In this document: positions 1 to 9,825 of the stretch, piece after piece
Numbering within the stretch: the first letter of the stretch is position 1
How the letters are laid out: each line of letters begins with the position of its first letter
The notes under the pieces: generated by a model
What the model saw: the letters and a program-made list of their open reading frames with translations, nothing else
The model's database searches: none
What the model was told of the DNA's origin: nothing
Assembly: GCA_963663765.2 (NCBI GenBank)
Contig: CAXXUA010000013.1
Location: 640,001-704,000, forward strand
Direction of reading: 5' to 3'
From: Candidatus Poribacteria bacterium
GTDB lineage: Bacteria; Poribacteria; WGA-4E; WGA-3G
Length of the DNA: 64,000 nt
Program-made: the position numbers and the translations under genes

Positions 1-3000
1 ACATCAGTAACATTTATGGTAATGTTAATAGTATCGGATAGATTTTCATCCGAAGCAGTGACAACTACAGCATAACTTTTCTTGTTTTCATAGTTGAGAG
101 CTACTTTTGTCTTTATTTGACCATTAGTTGTGTCAATGTCAAACGAAGCGGCATCTGTGCCACTGAGAGCATAAGCCAATGTATCCTCATCTGCATCCGT
201 AGCAGAGACAGCATCTCCGATGTTCTGTGCTGCAGCGGTGTTTTCAGCGACGGTGCGTGTTGCGCTTTCACCTTCAGTGAATACGGGGGCAGTTGCGACA
301 ACTTCTTCCACATCTGTAATGTTGATAGTGACATTGATTGAATCTGAAGCGTCATCACCATCTTTAGCAGTAACCGTCACAGCATAGCTGCTCTTTGTTT
401 CAAAGTCCAGACTTGCTTTTGTCTTTAGCTGCCCATCAGTGCTGTTGATATCAAAAGATGCTGCATCTGTTCCAGCGAGCGTATAGGTCAGGGTGTCTTC
501 ATCTTCATCTGTTGCTGAAATAGGATCGCCAATGTTTGTATCAGCATCAGTATTTTCGGCTATAGACCGAGTTGTAGAATCATCTGCAAAGACGGGTGCA
601 TCATTAACATCACTCACATTTATGGTAATGTTAATCGTATCGGATAGCGTTTCATCCGAAGCAGTGACAACTACAGCATAACTTTTCTTGGTTTCATAGT
701 TGAGAGCTACTTTTGTCTTTATTTGACCATTAGTTGTGTCAATGTCAAACGAAGCGGCATCTGTGCCACTGAGAGCATAAGCCAATGTATCCTCATCTGC
801 ATCAGTAGCTGAAACAGGATCTCCAATGTTTGTATCTGCAGCGGTATTCTCAGCTATAGACCGAGTTGCAGAATCAGCTGCAAAGGCTGGTGCCTCATTG
901 ACATTAGTAACTTTTATGGTAATGTTAATGGTATCTGATAGACTTCCATCCGACGCAGTTACGACTACTGAATAGCTTTTCTTGGTTCCATAATCGAGAC
1001 TTGCTTTTGTCTTTAGCTGCCCATCAGTGCTATCGATATCAAAAGATGCTGTATCTGTTCCACCGAGCGTATAGGTCAAGGTGTCTTCATCTTCATCTGT
1101 TGCTGAAACAGGATCTCCAATGTTTGTATCTGCGGCAGTATTCTCGGCTATAGACCGAGTTGCAGAATCAGCTGCAAATGCGGGTGCATCGTTGACATCA
1201 GTAACATTTATGGTAATGTTAATCGTATCGGATAGACTTCCATCGGAGGCAGTTACAACCACAGAGTAGCTTTTCTTGGTTTCATAGTTCAAGTTCCCTT
1301 TTGTCTGTAGCTGCCCAGTGGTACTGACAATTCCAAACGAAGCGGCATCTGTACCACTAAGAGCATAAGTCAAGGTATCCTCATCTGCATCCGTAGCGGA
1401 GACAACATCTCCGATGTTCTGTGCTGCAGCCGTGTTTTCAGCGACGGTTCGTGTTACGCTTTCACCTTCAGTGAATACGGGGGCATTTTGGGTAGCCGCC
1501 TCTTCCACGTTTGTGATGTTGATAGTGACATTGATTGAATCTGAAGCGTTATCAGCATCTTTAGCAGTAATGGACACAGAATGTGATGTCTTTGATTCAT
1601 AATCTAAACTTGCTTTTGTCTTCAACTGTCCATTAGTGCTGTCGATATCAAAAGAGGCTGCATCTGTTCCACCGAGCGTATAGGTCAAGGTGTCTTCATC
1701 TTCATCTGTTGCTGAAACAGGTTCTCCAATGTTTGTATTTGCAGCAGTATTCTCTGCTATAGACCGAGTTGCAGAATCAGCTGCAAATACGGGTGCATCG
1801 TTGGCGTCAGTAACATTTATTGTAATGTTAATGGTATCTGATAGACTTCCATCCGACGCAGTTACGACTACTGAATAGCTTTTCTTGGTTTCATAGTTTA
1901 GAGCTGCTTTTGTCTTAATCTGCCCATCAGTGCTGCCAATATCAAATAAGGCGGCATCTGTTCCACTGAGAGCATAAGTCAATGTAACCTCATCTGCATC
2001 TTTTGCTGAAACAGGATCTCCGATGGTTGTATTTGCAGCGGTATTCTCGGCTATAGACCGAGTTGCAGAATCAGCTGCAAAGACTGGTGCCTCGTTGACA
2101 TCAGTAACATTTATGGTAATGTTAATGGTATCTGATAGCGTTTCATCGGATGCAGTGACAACTACAGCATAGCTTTTCTTTGTTTCATAGTTTAGAGCTG
2201 CTTTTGTCTTTAGTTGCCCATCAATGCTGCCAATATCAAAAGATGCTGCATCTGTTCCAGCGAGCGTATAGGTCAAGGTGTCTTCATCTTCATCTGTTGC
2301 TGAAACAGGTTCTCCAATGTTTGTATCTGCGGCAGTATTCTCGGCGATAGACCGAGTTGCAGAATCAGCTGCAAATGCGGGTGCATCGTTGACATCAGTA
2401 ACATTTATGGTAATGTTAATCGTATCGGATAGACTTCCATCGGAGACAGTTACAACCACAGAGTAGCTTTTCTTGGTTTCATAGTTCAAGTTCCCTTTTG
2501 TCTGTAGCTGCCCAGTGGTACTGACAATTCCAAACGAAGCGGCATCTGTGCCACTGAGAGAATAAGTCAATGTATTCTCATCTGCATCCGTAGCGGAGAC
2601 AGCATCTCCGATGTTCTGTGCTGCAGCGGTATTTTCAGCGACGGTTCGTGTTACGCTTTCACCTTCTGTGAATACGGGGGCATTTTGGGTAGCCGCCTCT
2701 TCCACGTCTGTGATGTTGATAGTGACATTGATTGAATCTGAAGCGTCATCACCATCTTTAGCAGTAATCGTCACAGAATATGATGTCTTTGATTCATAAT
2801 CCAAACTTGCTTTTGTCTTCAGCTGTCCATTAGTGCTGTCGATATCAAAAGATGCTGCATCTGTTCCACCGAGCGTATAGGTCAAGGTGTCTTCATCTTC
2901 ATCTGTTGCTGAAACAGGTTCTCCAATGTTTGTATTTGCAGCAGTATTCTCGGCTATAGACCGAGTTATGGATTCATTTGCAAACACGGGTGCATCATTG

Positions 3001-6000
3001 GCGTCATTAACATTTATGGCAATGTTAATGGTATCTGATAGATTTTCATCTGAGGCAGTTACGACTACTGAATAGCTGCTCTTAGTTTCATAGTTGAGAG
3101 AAGCTTTTGTCTTAATCTGTCCATCTGTTGTGTCAATGTCAAACGACGCTGCATCAGTTCCACTCAAACTATAAGTCAATGTATCCTCATTTGCATCCGT
3201 AGCGGACACAGCATCACCGATGTTCTGTGATGCAGCGGTATTTTCAGCGACGGTTCGCGTCGCGCTTGTGCCTTCAGTGAATTCAGGTGCTGCAGGGGCA
3301 ACCACCTCATTTACATCTGTGATGCTGATAGTAACATTGATTATGTCTGAGAGTCCATCCGGATCCGTGGCTGTAACAATCACGGAATAAGACGACTTGG
3401 TTTCATAATCCAACGCGCTACTTGTCTGTATCTGTCCTGATGAACTATCAATTGTAAAGGACGATGAATCTGTCCCACTGAGTGTGTAAGTTAATGTGTC
3501 ATCTTCAGCATCTGTTGCCGCAACAACACTCCCTATATTTTGACCAGATGCAGTATTCTCTGCGACTGAACGGGTGGTACTTGCACCATCTGTAAAAGTG
3601 GGGGCAGTGTTACTCGCTTCTTCAATCGCTGGGATAACACTCAAAGGTAGTAGGTTAGATGTGACTAAACTGTAACCATCATGTTCATCTTTTGGAGGTA
3701 TAGGTAATGTACCGATATCCACATCGACCGATCCAGTCGTTTCTGTTTCTCGGGTTACAGTGAGCGTAGTGTCGCTTTCAAGTTTACCCGTCTTGATCGT
3801 AATCGAAGTAGTTTCTCCGTCAATACTGCCATTGGTCACACTGACAGGTAATACAAGATCAAATGGTGCACCAGTATCTACAGTAGCCTTAAACTCACCG
3901 TCTTGAACCTTGACTAACGATACCGTGATCTGAAGTGCTGTACCTTGATGTATTTCAAGACTAATTAGTGATGTCAAACCCTCAAACAAACCAACAGGTA
4001 TACTCGTCAACTGATTAGAAGAAAGATTGAGTGTACCAAGCTTTGATAACCCATCAAATACATCTGCTGGTAGACTTGTCAGTTTATTCCTAAATAATAC
4101 AAGGTACTCAAGAGATGTCAATCCATCAAAGACATCTACTGGCAGACTGGTTATTTGGTTTTGTGACAATTCAAGCTCTTTCAGCGATGACAAACCGTCA
4201 AATATATCCTCTGGTAAAGAGGTAAGAGCATTGGCATGTAGACCAAGCTTCTCAAGAGATGTCAATCCATCAAAGAGATCTGCTGGTATACTTTCCAGTG
4301 AGTTGTTGGTCGAGAGCCTTAAAGTCTTTAAGAGTGTCAATCCTTTGAATAGATCCTCAGGAACGGTTCTCAATGATCTGTTGAACTGCACTCCAAGTTC
4401 TGTCAACGAAGAGAGCCCATCGAAGTCACCGTTTTTTAATGTGGTTATAGGTGTTGCGGCAATTCTGAGTGTTGTAATTGCAGCAAGCTGTGTATCCCTA
4501 ACTTCGGATGCAGTTGATACCCCATCAATAGCTTCAATGATGGCACTTCTAACGACTCCTGTACGTTCACTGAGAGGTGTCGATTCAAAAACATCAATAA
4601 TATTGATCTTAACAGAAATGCTTACACTACCGTTCTTCGAATCTGTAACGGTGACAGTAAGAGAATAAGTATTCTGCATTTCATAATCTATCGCACTATT
4701 AGTGCTGAGCTGCCCTGTTGTGCTGTCAATACTAAAGGCGGAGGAATCTGCACCAGACATGGAATATTCCAACGTATCACCATCACTGTCGGTAGCAGTA
4801 AGTGCTGCGCCAATAGATTTCTCAGCATCTGTGTTCTCTCTAACAGATCTTGTGGTCCTAATACCATCGTTGAACGTAGGATAATTGTTGATACCTGCCT
4901 CGTGAACGTTTGTAACACCGACTGTTACATCAATGGTATCGGTAAGTGATCCATCTGATGCAGTAATCGTTATAGTATAGATGTTCTTCGTTTCATAATC
5001 CAAACTGGTTTTTGTCTGTAGCTGCCCAGTTGTGCTCACAATATCAAACGATGCTGCATCCGTGCCACCGAGAGTATATGTCAACGTATCATCATTGTCA
5101 TCTATTGCAAAAACTGCACTTCCAATGTTTTGTCCTGATGTCGTATTCTCGGCAATACTCCGTGTTGTGTCTGATCCTTCAGTGAATATAGGCGGCACAT
5201 TTTCATCTGCCTCTACCACATTTGTCACATTGATCGTAACATTGGTGGTATCTGAAGAATCGTCACCATCTGTCGCAGTTACCGTCACCGAGTAAGTTCT
5301 CTTCGTTTCATAATCCAAACTGGTTTTTGTCTGTATCTGTCCAGATGAATTCACAATATCAAATGACGTTGCATCCGTACCGCCGAGAGTATATGTCAAC
5401 GTATCCCCATCATCATCTGTCGCAGAGACGGCACTGCCGATATTGACACTTGCGGCAGTATTTTCAGCTATGGTTAACGTAATGCTATTCGATGCATAAA
5501 CTGGTGCTTCATTCACATCGGTCACATTGATGGTAACACTAATGGTGTCTGAGAGTTCATCCGGATCCTTTGCTGTAATAGTGACAGAATAGGACGTCTT
5601 CGTTTCGTAGTCCAACGCTGCTTTTGTCTGTAATTGCCCAGAGGTGCTGACAATATCAAAGGAGGCAGCATCTGTTCCACTGAGACTGTAGGATAACGTA
5701 TCCCCATCATCATCTGTCGCAGAGACGACACTGCCGATATTGACACTTGCGGCAGTATTTTCAGCTATGGTTAACGTAATGCTATTCGATGCATAAACTG
5801 GTGCTTCATTCACATCGGTCACATTGATGGTAACACTAATGGTATCTGAGAGTTCATCCGGATCCTTTGCTGTAATAGTAACAGAATAGGACGTCTTCGT
5901 TTCGTAGTCCAACGCTGCTTTTGTCTGTAGCTGCCCCGATGTGCTGACAATATCAAAGGAGGCAGCATCTGTTCCACTGAGACTGTAGGATAACGTATCC

Positions 6001-7448
6001 TCATCATCATCTGTCGCAGAGACGGCACTGCCGATATTGACACTTGCGGCAGTATTTTCAGCAACACTTCGTGTTGTGCTTGTGCCGTCAGTAAATTCAG
6101 GAGCGACATTGTCGCTGGGTTCCACCACATTTGTCACATTGATCGTAACATTGATCGTATGCGCAGCACCGTCAGCATCTTTAGCTGTGATTGACACAGC
6201 GTAAGTTTTCTTCGTTTCATGGTCCAACGCTGCTTTTGTCTGCAACTGTCCGGAAGTGGTCACTATATCAAATGACGCTGCATCGGTGCCACCAAGACTA
6301 TATGTCACCGTATCACCCTCTGGATCTGTTGCAGCAACAGCACTGCCGATATTGACACCAGCGGCAGTATTTTCAGCAACACTTCGTGTTGGACTTTCTG
6401 ATGAGAAAACTGGTGCTTCATTCACATCGTTGACGTTGATCGTTACATCAATAGTATCTGATAGTTCACTTGGATCCTTTGCTGTAATAGTGACAGAATA
6501 GGAGGACTTCGTTTCATAGTCCAATGTTTGATTTGGCTTGAGTTGTCCTGAGTCGGTGTCAATAGTAAACGACGTAGCGTCAGTTCCACTGATGCTATAA
6601 GTTACTTCTTCATCCTCAGGATCTACAGCAATGATGGGATCCCCGATAATATCTCCGGAGCCAATATTCTCATCAACTGTCCGTGTTGTACTCGCACCTT
6701 CATGGAACACAGGAGGATCATTCACATCCGGATTATCCGTGACTTCTTCCTGTGTTGGGTCTGGACTACTGAGAACATGAAGAGGTAACGAGTCAGATTT
6801 TGATAATTCATAACCGTAATGATTGAGATTTGGTATACTGGGTAATGTGCCGATATCAGCGGTTACTGCAGCAGTTGTCCCTGCTGTTCGAGTTACTGTG
6901 ACGGTGCTGCTCTCTACTGTTCCTGTGGAAATGGTCAGAGATGTCGTATTATTGATAATGGTTCCATTGTTCACGCTGATGGGAACAATTATATTAAAAG
7001 GGGCACCCGTTGGTGCGACTGCTTTGAATTGATTTTCGTCAACTTTTTCCAATGAGATAATAATTGGCATTGGATCAACGGTGTTTCTACCCAAACGGAG
7101 CGTAGTCAAAGACGTTAATCCATCAAAAATGTCATCTGGAAGACTTTCAAGTGAATTCCCATATAGGTTCAGATTAGTGAGCCCGGACATGCCAGAAAAA
7201 TCACCAGATTTTAGTTCTGTAATACCGTTTGACCTTAGGTTTAGTTCTGTAATAGCTTTAAGGTCGTCTTCGGTGACATCTGAAGCAGAATTAGCACCCG
7301 TTGCAGTGACGATAGCAGCCTGTACCTCTGTTGTTCGCTCACTGACTGGTGTAATGTCCGCCGAACTTGCAACTGATAAACCAAAGAAAACTAATGAACA
7401 TAGTACAATAGATATTACAGAATTCAGATTCTTGAGTCGTGTTTTCAT
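1..7448 (-). CDS. Giant secreted leucine-rich-repeat + cadherin-repeat protein (>2480 aa, 3' end beyond window)
   Basis: ATG at 7448 after AAGGA RBS; signal-peptide-like start MKTRLKNLNSVISIVLCSLVFFGLSVASSA; same frame at both ends (codon at 3-5 reads D of ...ITINVTD). LRR blocks near 7090-7290 and 3960-4500 (e.g. LTSLPEDIFDGLSSLKELELSQN); about 19 cadherin-like repeats of ~98 aa with L(D/N)YETK, DxD and DVNE/DAP motifs. Confidence 0.93.
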   Translation of the reverse strand, partial: MKTRLKNLNSVISIVLCSLVFFGLSVASSADITPVSERTTEVQAAIVTATGANSASDVTEDDLKAITELNLRSNGITELKSGDFSGMSGLTNLNLYGNSLESLPDDIFDGLTSLTTLRLGRNTVDPMPIIISLEKVDENQFKAVAPTGAPFNIIVPISVNNGTIINNTTSLTISTGTVESSTVTVTRTAGTTAAVTADIGTLPSIPNLNHYGYELSKSDSLPLHVLSSPDPTQEEVTDNPDVNDPPVFHEGASTTRTVDENIGSGDIIGDPIIAVDPEDEEVTYSISGTDATSFTIDTDSGQLKPNQTLDYETKSSYSVTITAKDPSELSDTIDVTINVNDVNEAPVFSSESPTRSVAENTAAGVNIGSAVAATDPEGDTVTYSLGGTDAASFDIVTTSGQLQTKAALDHETKKTYAVSITAKDADGAAHTINVTINVTNVVEPSDNVAPEFTDGTSTTRSVAENTAASVNIGSAVSATDDDEDTLSYSLSGTDAASFDIVSTSGQLQTKAALDYETKTSYSVTITAKDPDELSDTISVTINVTDVNEAPVYASNSITLTIAENTAASVNIGSVVSATDDDGDTLSYSLSGTDAASFDIVSTSGQLQTKAALDYETKTSYSVTITAKDPDELSDTISVTINVTDVNEAPVYASNSITLTIAENTAASVNIGSAVSATDDDGDTLTYTLGGTDATSFDIVNSSGQIQTKTSLDYETKRTYSVTVTATDGDDSSDTTNVTINVTNVVEADENVPPIFTEGSDTTRSIAENTTSGQNIGSAVFAIDDNDDTLTYTLGGTDAASFDIVSTTGQLQTKTSLDYETKNIYTITITASDGSLTDTIDVTVGVTNVHEAGINNYPTFNDGIRTTRSVRENTDAEKSIGAALTATDSDGDTLEYSMSGADSSAFSIDSTTGQLSTNSAIDYEMQNTYSLTVTVTDSKNGSVSISVKINIIDVFESTPLSERTGVVRSAIIEAIDGVSTASEVRDTQLAAITTLRIAATPITTLKNGDFDGLSSLTELGVQFNRSLRTVPEDLFKGLTLLKTLRLSTNNSLESIPADLFDGLTSLEKLGLHANALTSLPEDIFDGLSSLKELELSQNQITSLPVDVFDGLTSLEYLVLFRNKLTSLPADVFDGLSKLGTLNLSSNQLTSIPVGLFEGLTSLISLEIHQGTALQITVSLVKVQDGEFKATVDTGAPFDLVLPVSVTNGSIDGETTSITIKTGKLESDTTLTVTRETETTGSVDVDIGTLPIPPKDEHDGYSLVTSNLLPLSVIPAIEEASNTAPTFTDGASTTRSVAENTASGQNIGSVVAATDAEDDTLTYTLSGTDSSSFTIDSSSGQIQTSSALDYETKSSYSVIVTATDPDGLSDIINVTISITDVNEVVAPAAPEFTEGTSATRTVAENTAASQNIGDAVSATDANEDTLTYSLSGTDAASFDIDTTDGQIKTKASLNYETKSSYSVVVTASDENLSDTINIAINVNDANDAPVFANESITRSIAENTAANTNIGEPVSATDEDEDTLTYTLGGTDAASFDIDSTNGQLKTKASLDYESKTSYSVTITAKDGDDASDSINVTINITDVEEAATQNAPVFTEGESVTRTVAENTAAAQNIGDAVSATDADENTLTYSLSGTDAASFGIVSTTGQLQTKGNLNYETKKSYSVVVTVSDGSLSDTINITINVTDVNDAPAFAADSATRSIAENTAADTNIGEPVSATDEDEDTLTYTLAGTDAASFDIGSIDGQLKTKAALNYETKKSYAVVVTASDETLSDTINITINVTDVNEAPVFAADSATRSIAENTAANTTIGDPVSAKDADEVTLTYALSGTDAALFDIGSTDGQIKTKAALNYETKKSYSVVVTASDGSLSDTINITINVTDANDAPVFAADSATRSIAENTAANTNIGEPVSATDEDEDTLTYTLGGTDAASFDIDSTNGQLKTKASLDYESKTSHSVSITAKDADNASDSINVTINITNVEEAATQNAPVFTEGESVTRTVAENTAAAQNIGDVVSATDADEDTLTYALSGTDAASFGIVSTTGQLQTKGNLNYETKKSYSVVVTASDGSLSDTINITINVTDVNDAPAFAADSATRSIAENTAADTNIGDPVSATDEDEDTLTYTLGGTDTASFDIDSTDGQLKTKASLDYGTKKSYSVVVTASDGSLSDTINITIKVTNVNEAPAFAADSATRSIAENTAADTNIGDPVSATDADEDTLAYALSGTDAASFDIDTTNGQIKTKVALNYETKKSYAVVVTASDETLSDTINITINVSDVNDAPVFADDSTTRSIAENTDADTNIGDPISATDEDEDTLTYTLAGTDAASFDINSTDGQLKTKASLDFETKSSYAVTVTAKDGDDASDSINVTINITDVEEVVATAPVFTEGESATRTVAENTAAAQNIGDAVSATDADEDTLAYALSGTDAASFDIDTTNGQIKTKVALNYENKKSYAVVVTASDENLSDTINITINVTD
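400..3130. repeat. Intragenic tandem duplication of cadherin repeats, alternating 588/609 bp (1197-bp period)
   Basis: Near-identical blocks start at 493, 1081, 1690, 2278 and 2887; blocks at 1414 and 2611 are 1197 bp apart. Confidence 0.9.
5400..6063. repeat. Near-identical 297-bp tandem duplication of one cadherin repeat
   Basis: catcatctgtcgcagagac...gcggcagtattttcagc recurs at ~5411, ~5708 and ~6005. Confidence 0.9.
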
Positions 7449-7953
7449 AGGATGATTCCTTTATATAATAATGTTAAGTAAACTATATTGTGTAGACAAG
7501 ATGTTAACCACATCTACACTGTTGGAAAGCCGCACTTACCGAGGAATATAGTAGTCCCCGTAGTAACTAACCATTTAAGCGTATATCTATGACATCGGTT
7601 TTATAAACCACTTCAGATGTCAATAAAAAGATTGATTGTCATTAAAAGTCGCATCAGTTGATGCTTTATGTATCTATTGAGGAGAACTTTTACGAAGGGG
7701 GAATTTTTTCTTAAGTTCTTATAGGAAAGAATCATGTATGGGTCTGGTCCATTTGAATATAATATTAGGTTGCCCCTATTATCTCCTCTATCCAACCATG
7801 ATTTTAATATTCAAATATGATAAAAGACTGTTCTGTTTGCCAAAACTATATTAATTATAATAATGAGGACCAAATGCTATCGTCAGCAGTAGTAATATTA
7901 AGACGATAAAGAAATATATATAATGAGATATTTATTTCTCGCCTAAATACTAT

Positions 7954-7982
7954 ATTATAACTTGAAATTCCGTAAATGTCAA
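7954..7982 (-). promoter_or_regulatory. Consensus sigma70 promoter TTGACA-N17-TATAAT facing the giant LRR/cadherin gene
   Basis: Minus strand reads TTGACA tttacggaatttcaagt TATAAT, ~500 bp upstream of the ATG. Confidence 0.7.
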
Positions 7983-8075
7983 AGAATATTTAGGCAGGGT
8001 TATTTAGTTTTCAATATTTTTGATATTATTTTGCTATGTCGTTAATTTTATGGGGTACCATCTTGTCCAGTTCTT

Positions 8076-8487
8076 TAGTGGTTCACTCGCTAAGTATTTG
8101 CGATATATCTTCAATTGAAGTTCCATAGGGTTCTAATACCATTTTCATGTGATAATGTCTCATTAGCAGCGGAAATCTGGTAGGAGCGACCTCCCGGTCG
8201 CGACCGGGAGGTCGCTCCTACCGAAGAGAGTAACCCCCTGCGAGTAAACAGTAGAATTCCTTAATGAGACAACATTTATTTGAATTGGTATAACAATCAA
8301 TTTCGCACGCTGCACCGTCCGAAACGGATGCGTGCGTGAACTCGCAAGTCTCCTCAATTCAGCGTTTTCTTCCTCATTGACCTCACGAATGTGATGTATT
8401 CGTTTTCCCATCTCAATTCTCCTCTCCATTTTTTGAATTCAATAGATAGAAGAATTTTACCATAATATCTTGACGAGTCAATCACTA
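8076..8487 (-). mobile_element. Internally deleted IS630-like element with an N-terminal HTH transposase fragment
   Basis: Imperfect TIRs tagtggttcactcgctaag / cttgacgagtcaatcacta; fragment MGKRIHHIREVNEEENAELRRLASSRTHPFRTVQRAKLIV resembles IS630 transposase N-termini; interrupted by a MITE at 8137-8290. Confidence 0.6.
8137..8290. mobile_element. TACC...GGTA MITE with TAA target duplication, containing a perfect REP-like palindrome
   Basis: TAA at 8134-8136 and 8291-8293; internal ggtaggagcgacctcccggtcgcgaccgggaggtcgctcctacc. Confidence 0.7.
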
Positions 8488-8679
8488 AAGAGGGTGGTGG
8501 CATCGTATTTCTATAAACATATCGTCCCTACCAAATCAACGCCAAATGCGCCAAATCAACGGTATGAATGCCATATGAAGATTAATTTATTAATTCGGTA
8601 ATAAATATTTCTCTCACGGTAGGCGGGGAATGCCTAAAGAAGCATGCGCGTATGGCATGCTCCATGATTCATACCGTTG

Positions 8680-9191
8680 GGGTGTGTAAAGTTTTTGCAC
8701 AAACTGCACATTCTCCATTGTAGAGCGGGGTCTCTGTGCACCGCCGCATAGGTGTCAACTTAAGGATTCTGACCTCTTGTGGGAGGGGTTTGCAACCCCG
8801 ATTTTATGTTCATTTCCACCCAAATCGGGGTTACAAACCCCTCCCACAAGAGAATATGCCAACACTTTTTTCTTAAGTTGACACCTATGGGGTCTCTGTG
8901 CACCGCCGCAACTGATTAAATGAGAGATTGCGGGCACAGAGACCCATAGGTGTCAATATAAGGAAATATTGTTAATATCAACCATACTCTTCAGTCCCGT
9001 AGGGACGATATGTTTATAGAAAACAAGTACCCTTCCCAGTTCTTTAGTCCCGTAGGGACGATATGTTTATTCTTCTATGTCGTTCCTACGGAACTCAAGA
9101 GAGGGTGATTACACCTATCTATAAACATTGCGTCCCTACGTGACTAAAGAGAACAAAAGTTTGTACCTCTGTGCAAAAACTTTACACACCC
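8680..9191. mobile_element. MITE with 22-bp TIRs and 9-bp target duplication (IS256-like ends)
   Basis: gggtgtgtaaagtttttgcaca ... tgtgcaaaaactttacacaccc; ATACCGTTG at 8671-8679 and 9192-9200. Confidence 0.8.
8748..8888. mobile_element. ATAGGTGTCAACTTAAG-ended MITE flanked by a 21-bp direct repeat of REP sequence
   Basis: 17-bp perfect TIR; ggggtctctgtgcaccgccgc at 8727-8747 and 8889-8909. Confidence 0.85.
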
Positions 9192-9333
9192 ATACCGTTG
9201 ATTTGGTGCTTTGTAAGCGCGCCCCCGATGGTAGGCGGGGAATGCCTAAATAAGCATGCGCGTATGGCATGCTCCATGATTCATACCGTTGATTTGGTGT
9301 TTTGTAAGCGTGCTGGCATATCAAGTTCCAATA

Positions 9334-9421
9334 GCGCGCTTACAAAGCACGCCTACCATCGGTAGGCGCGCTTACAAAGCACGCTTACCATCGGTAGGCG
9401 CGCTTACAAAGCACGCCTACC
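9334..9421. repeat. Tandem GTAG-type REP hairpins, 32-bp period, ~3 copies
   Basis: gcgcgcttacaaagcacgc(c/t)tacc starts at 9334, 9366 and 9398. Confidence 0.8.
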
Positions 9422-9464
9422 GTGGGAAAATATATGGATACCCAATAAATAAATTAATCTTCAT

Positions 9465-9684
9465 GAAGAATGTGCTACAACTGACCGCACAATCTGGAAG
9501 AATGTGCTACAACTGACCGCACAATCTGGAAGAATGTGCTACAACTGACCGCACAATCTGGAAGAATGTGCTACAACTGACCACACAATCTGGAAGAATG
9601 TGCTACAACTGACCGCACAATCTGGAAGAATGTGCTACAACTGACCACACAATCTGGAAGAATGTCTATTATTGGCGAAGGTAT
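9465..9684 (+). repeat. 32-bp tandem array (6 units) ending in the TIR tggcgaaggtat; 5'-truncated copy of the array-bearing MITE
   Basis: Unit gaagaatgtgctacaactgacc(g/a)cacaatctg at 9465, 9497, 9529, 9561, 9593 and 9625. Confidence 0.9.
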
Positions 9685-9825
9685 CTAAAGGTAGGAACGA
9701 CTTCCTATTAATAATCGAAAGAAACAATTCAACATAAATAAATTAGAAAAAATGAATTTTATGCAACCTTTTCCATTTTGCATGTATCATGATGGTCATA
9801 AGGGAATTCCATTTAGGAGATACTT

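Noticed and set aside
113-7455. Many short ORFs in the track over 113-7455
   Set aside because: Antisense or off-frame shadows of the giant minus-strand LRR/cadherin gene; their repetition mirrors its repeats.
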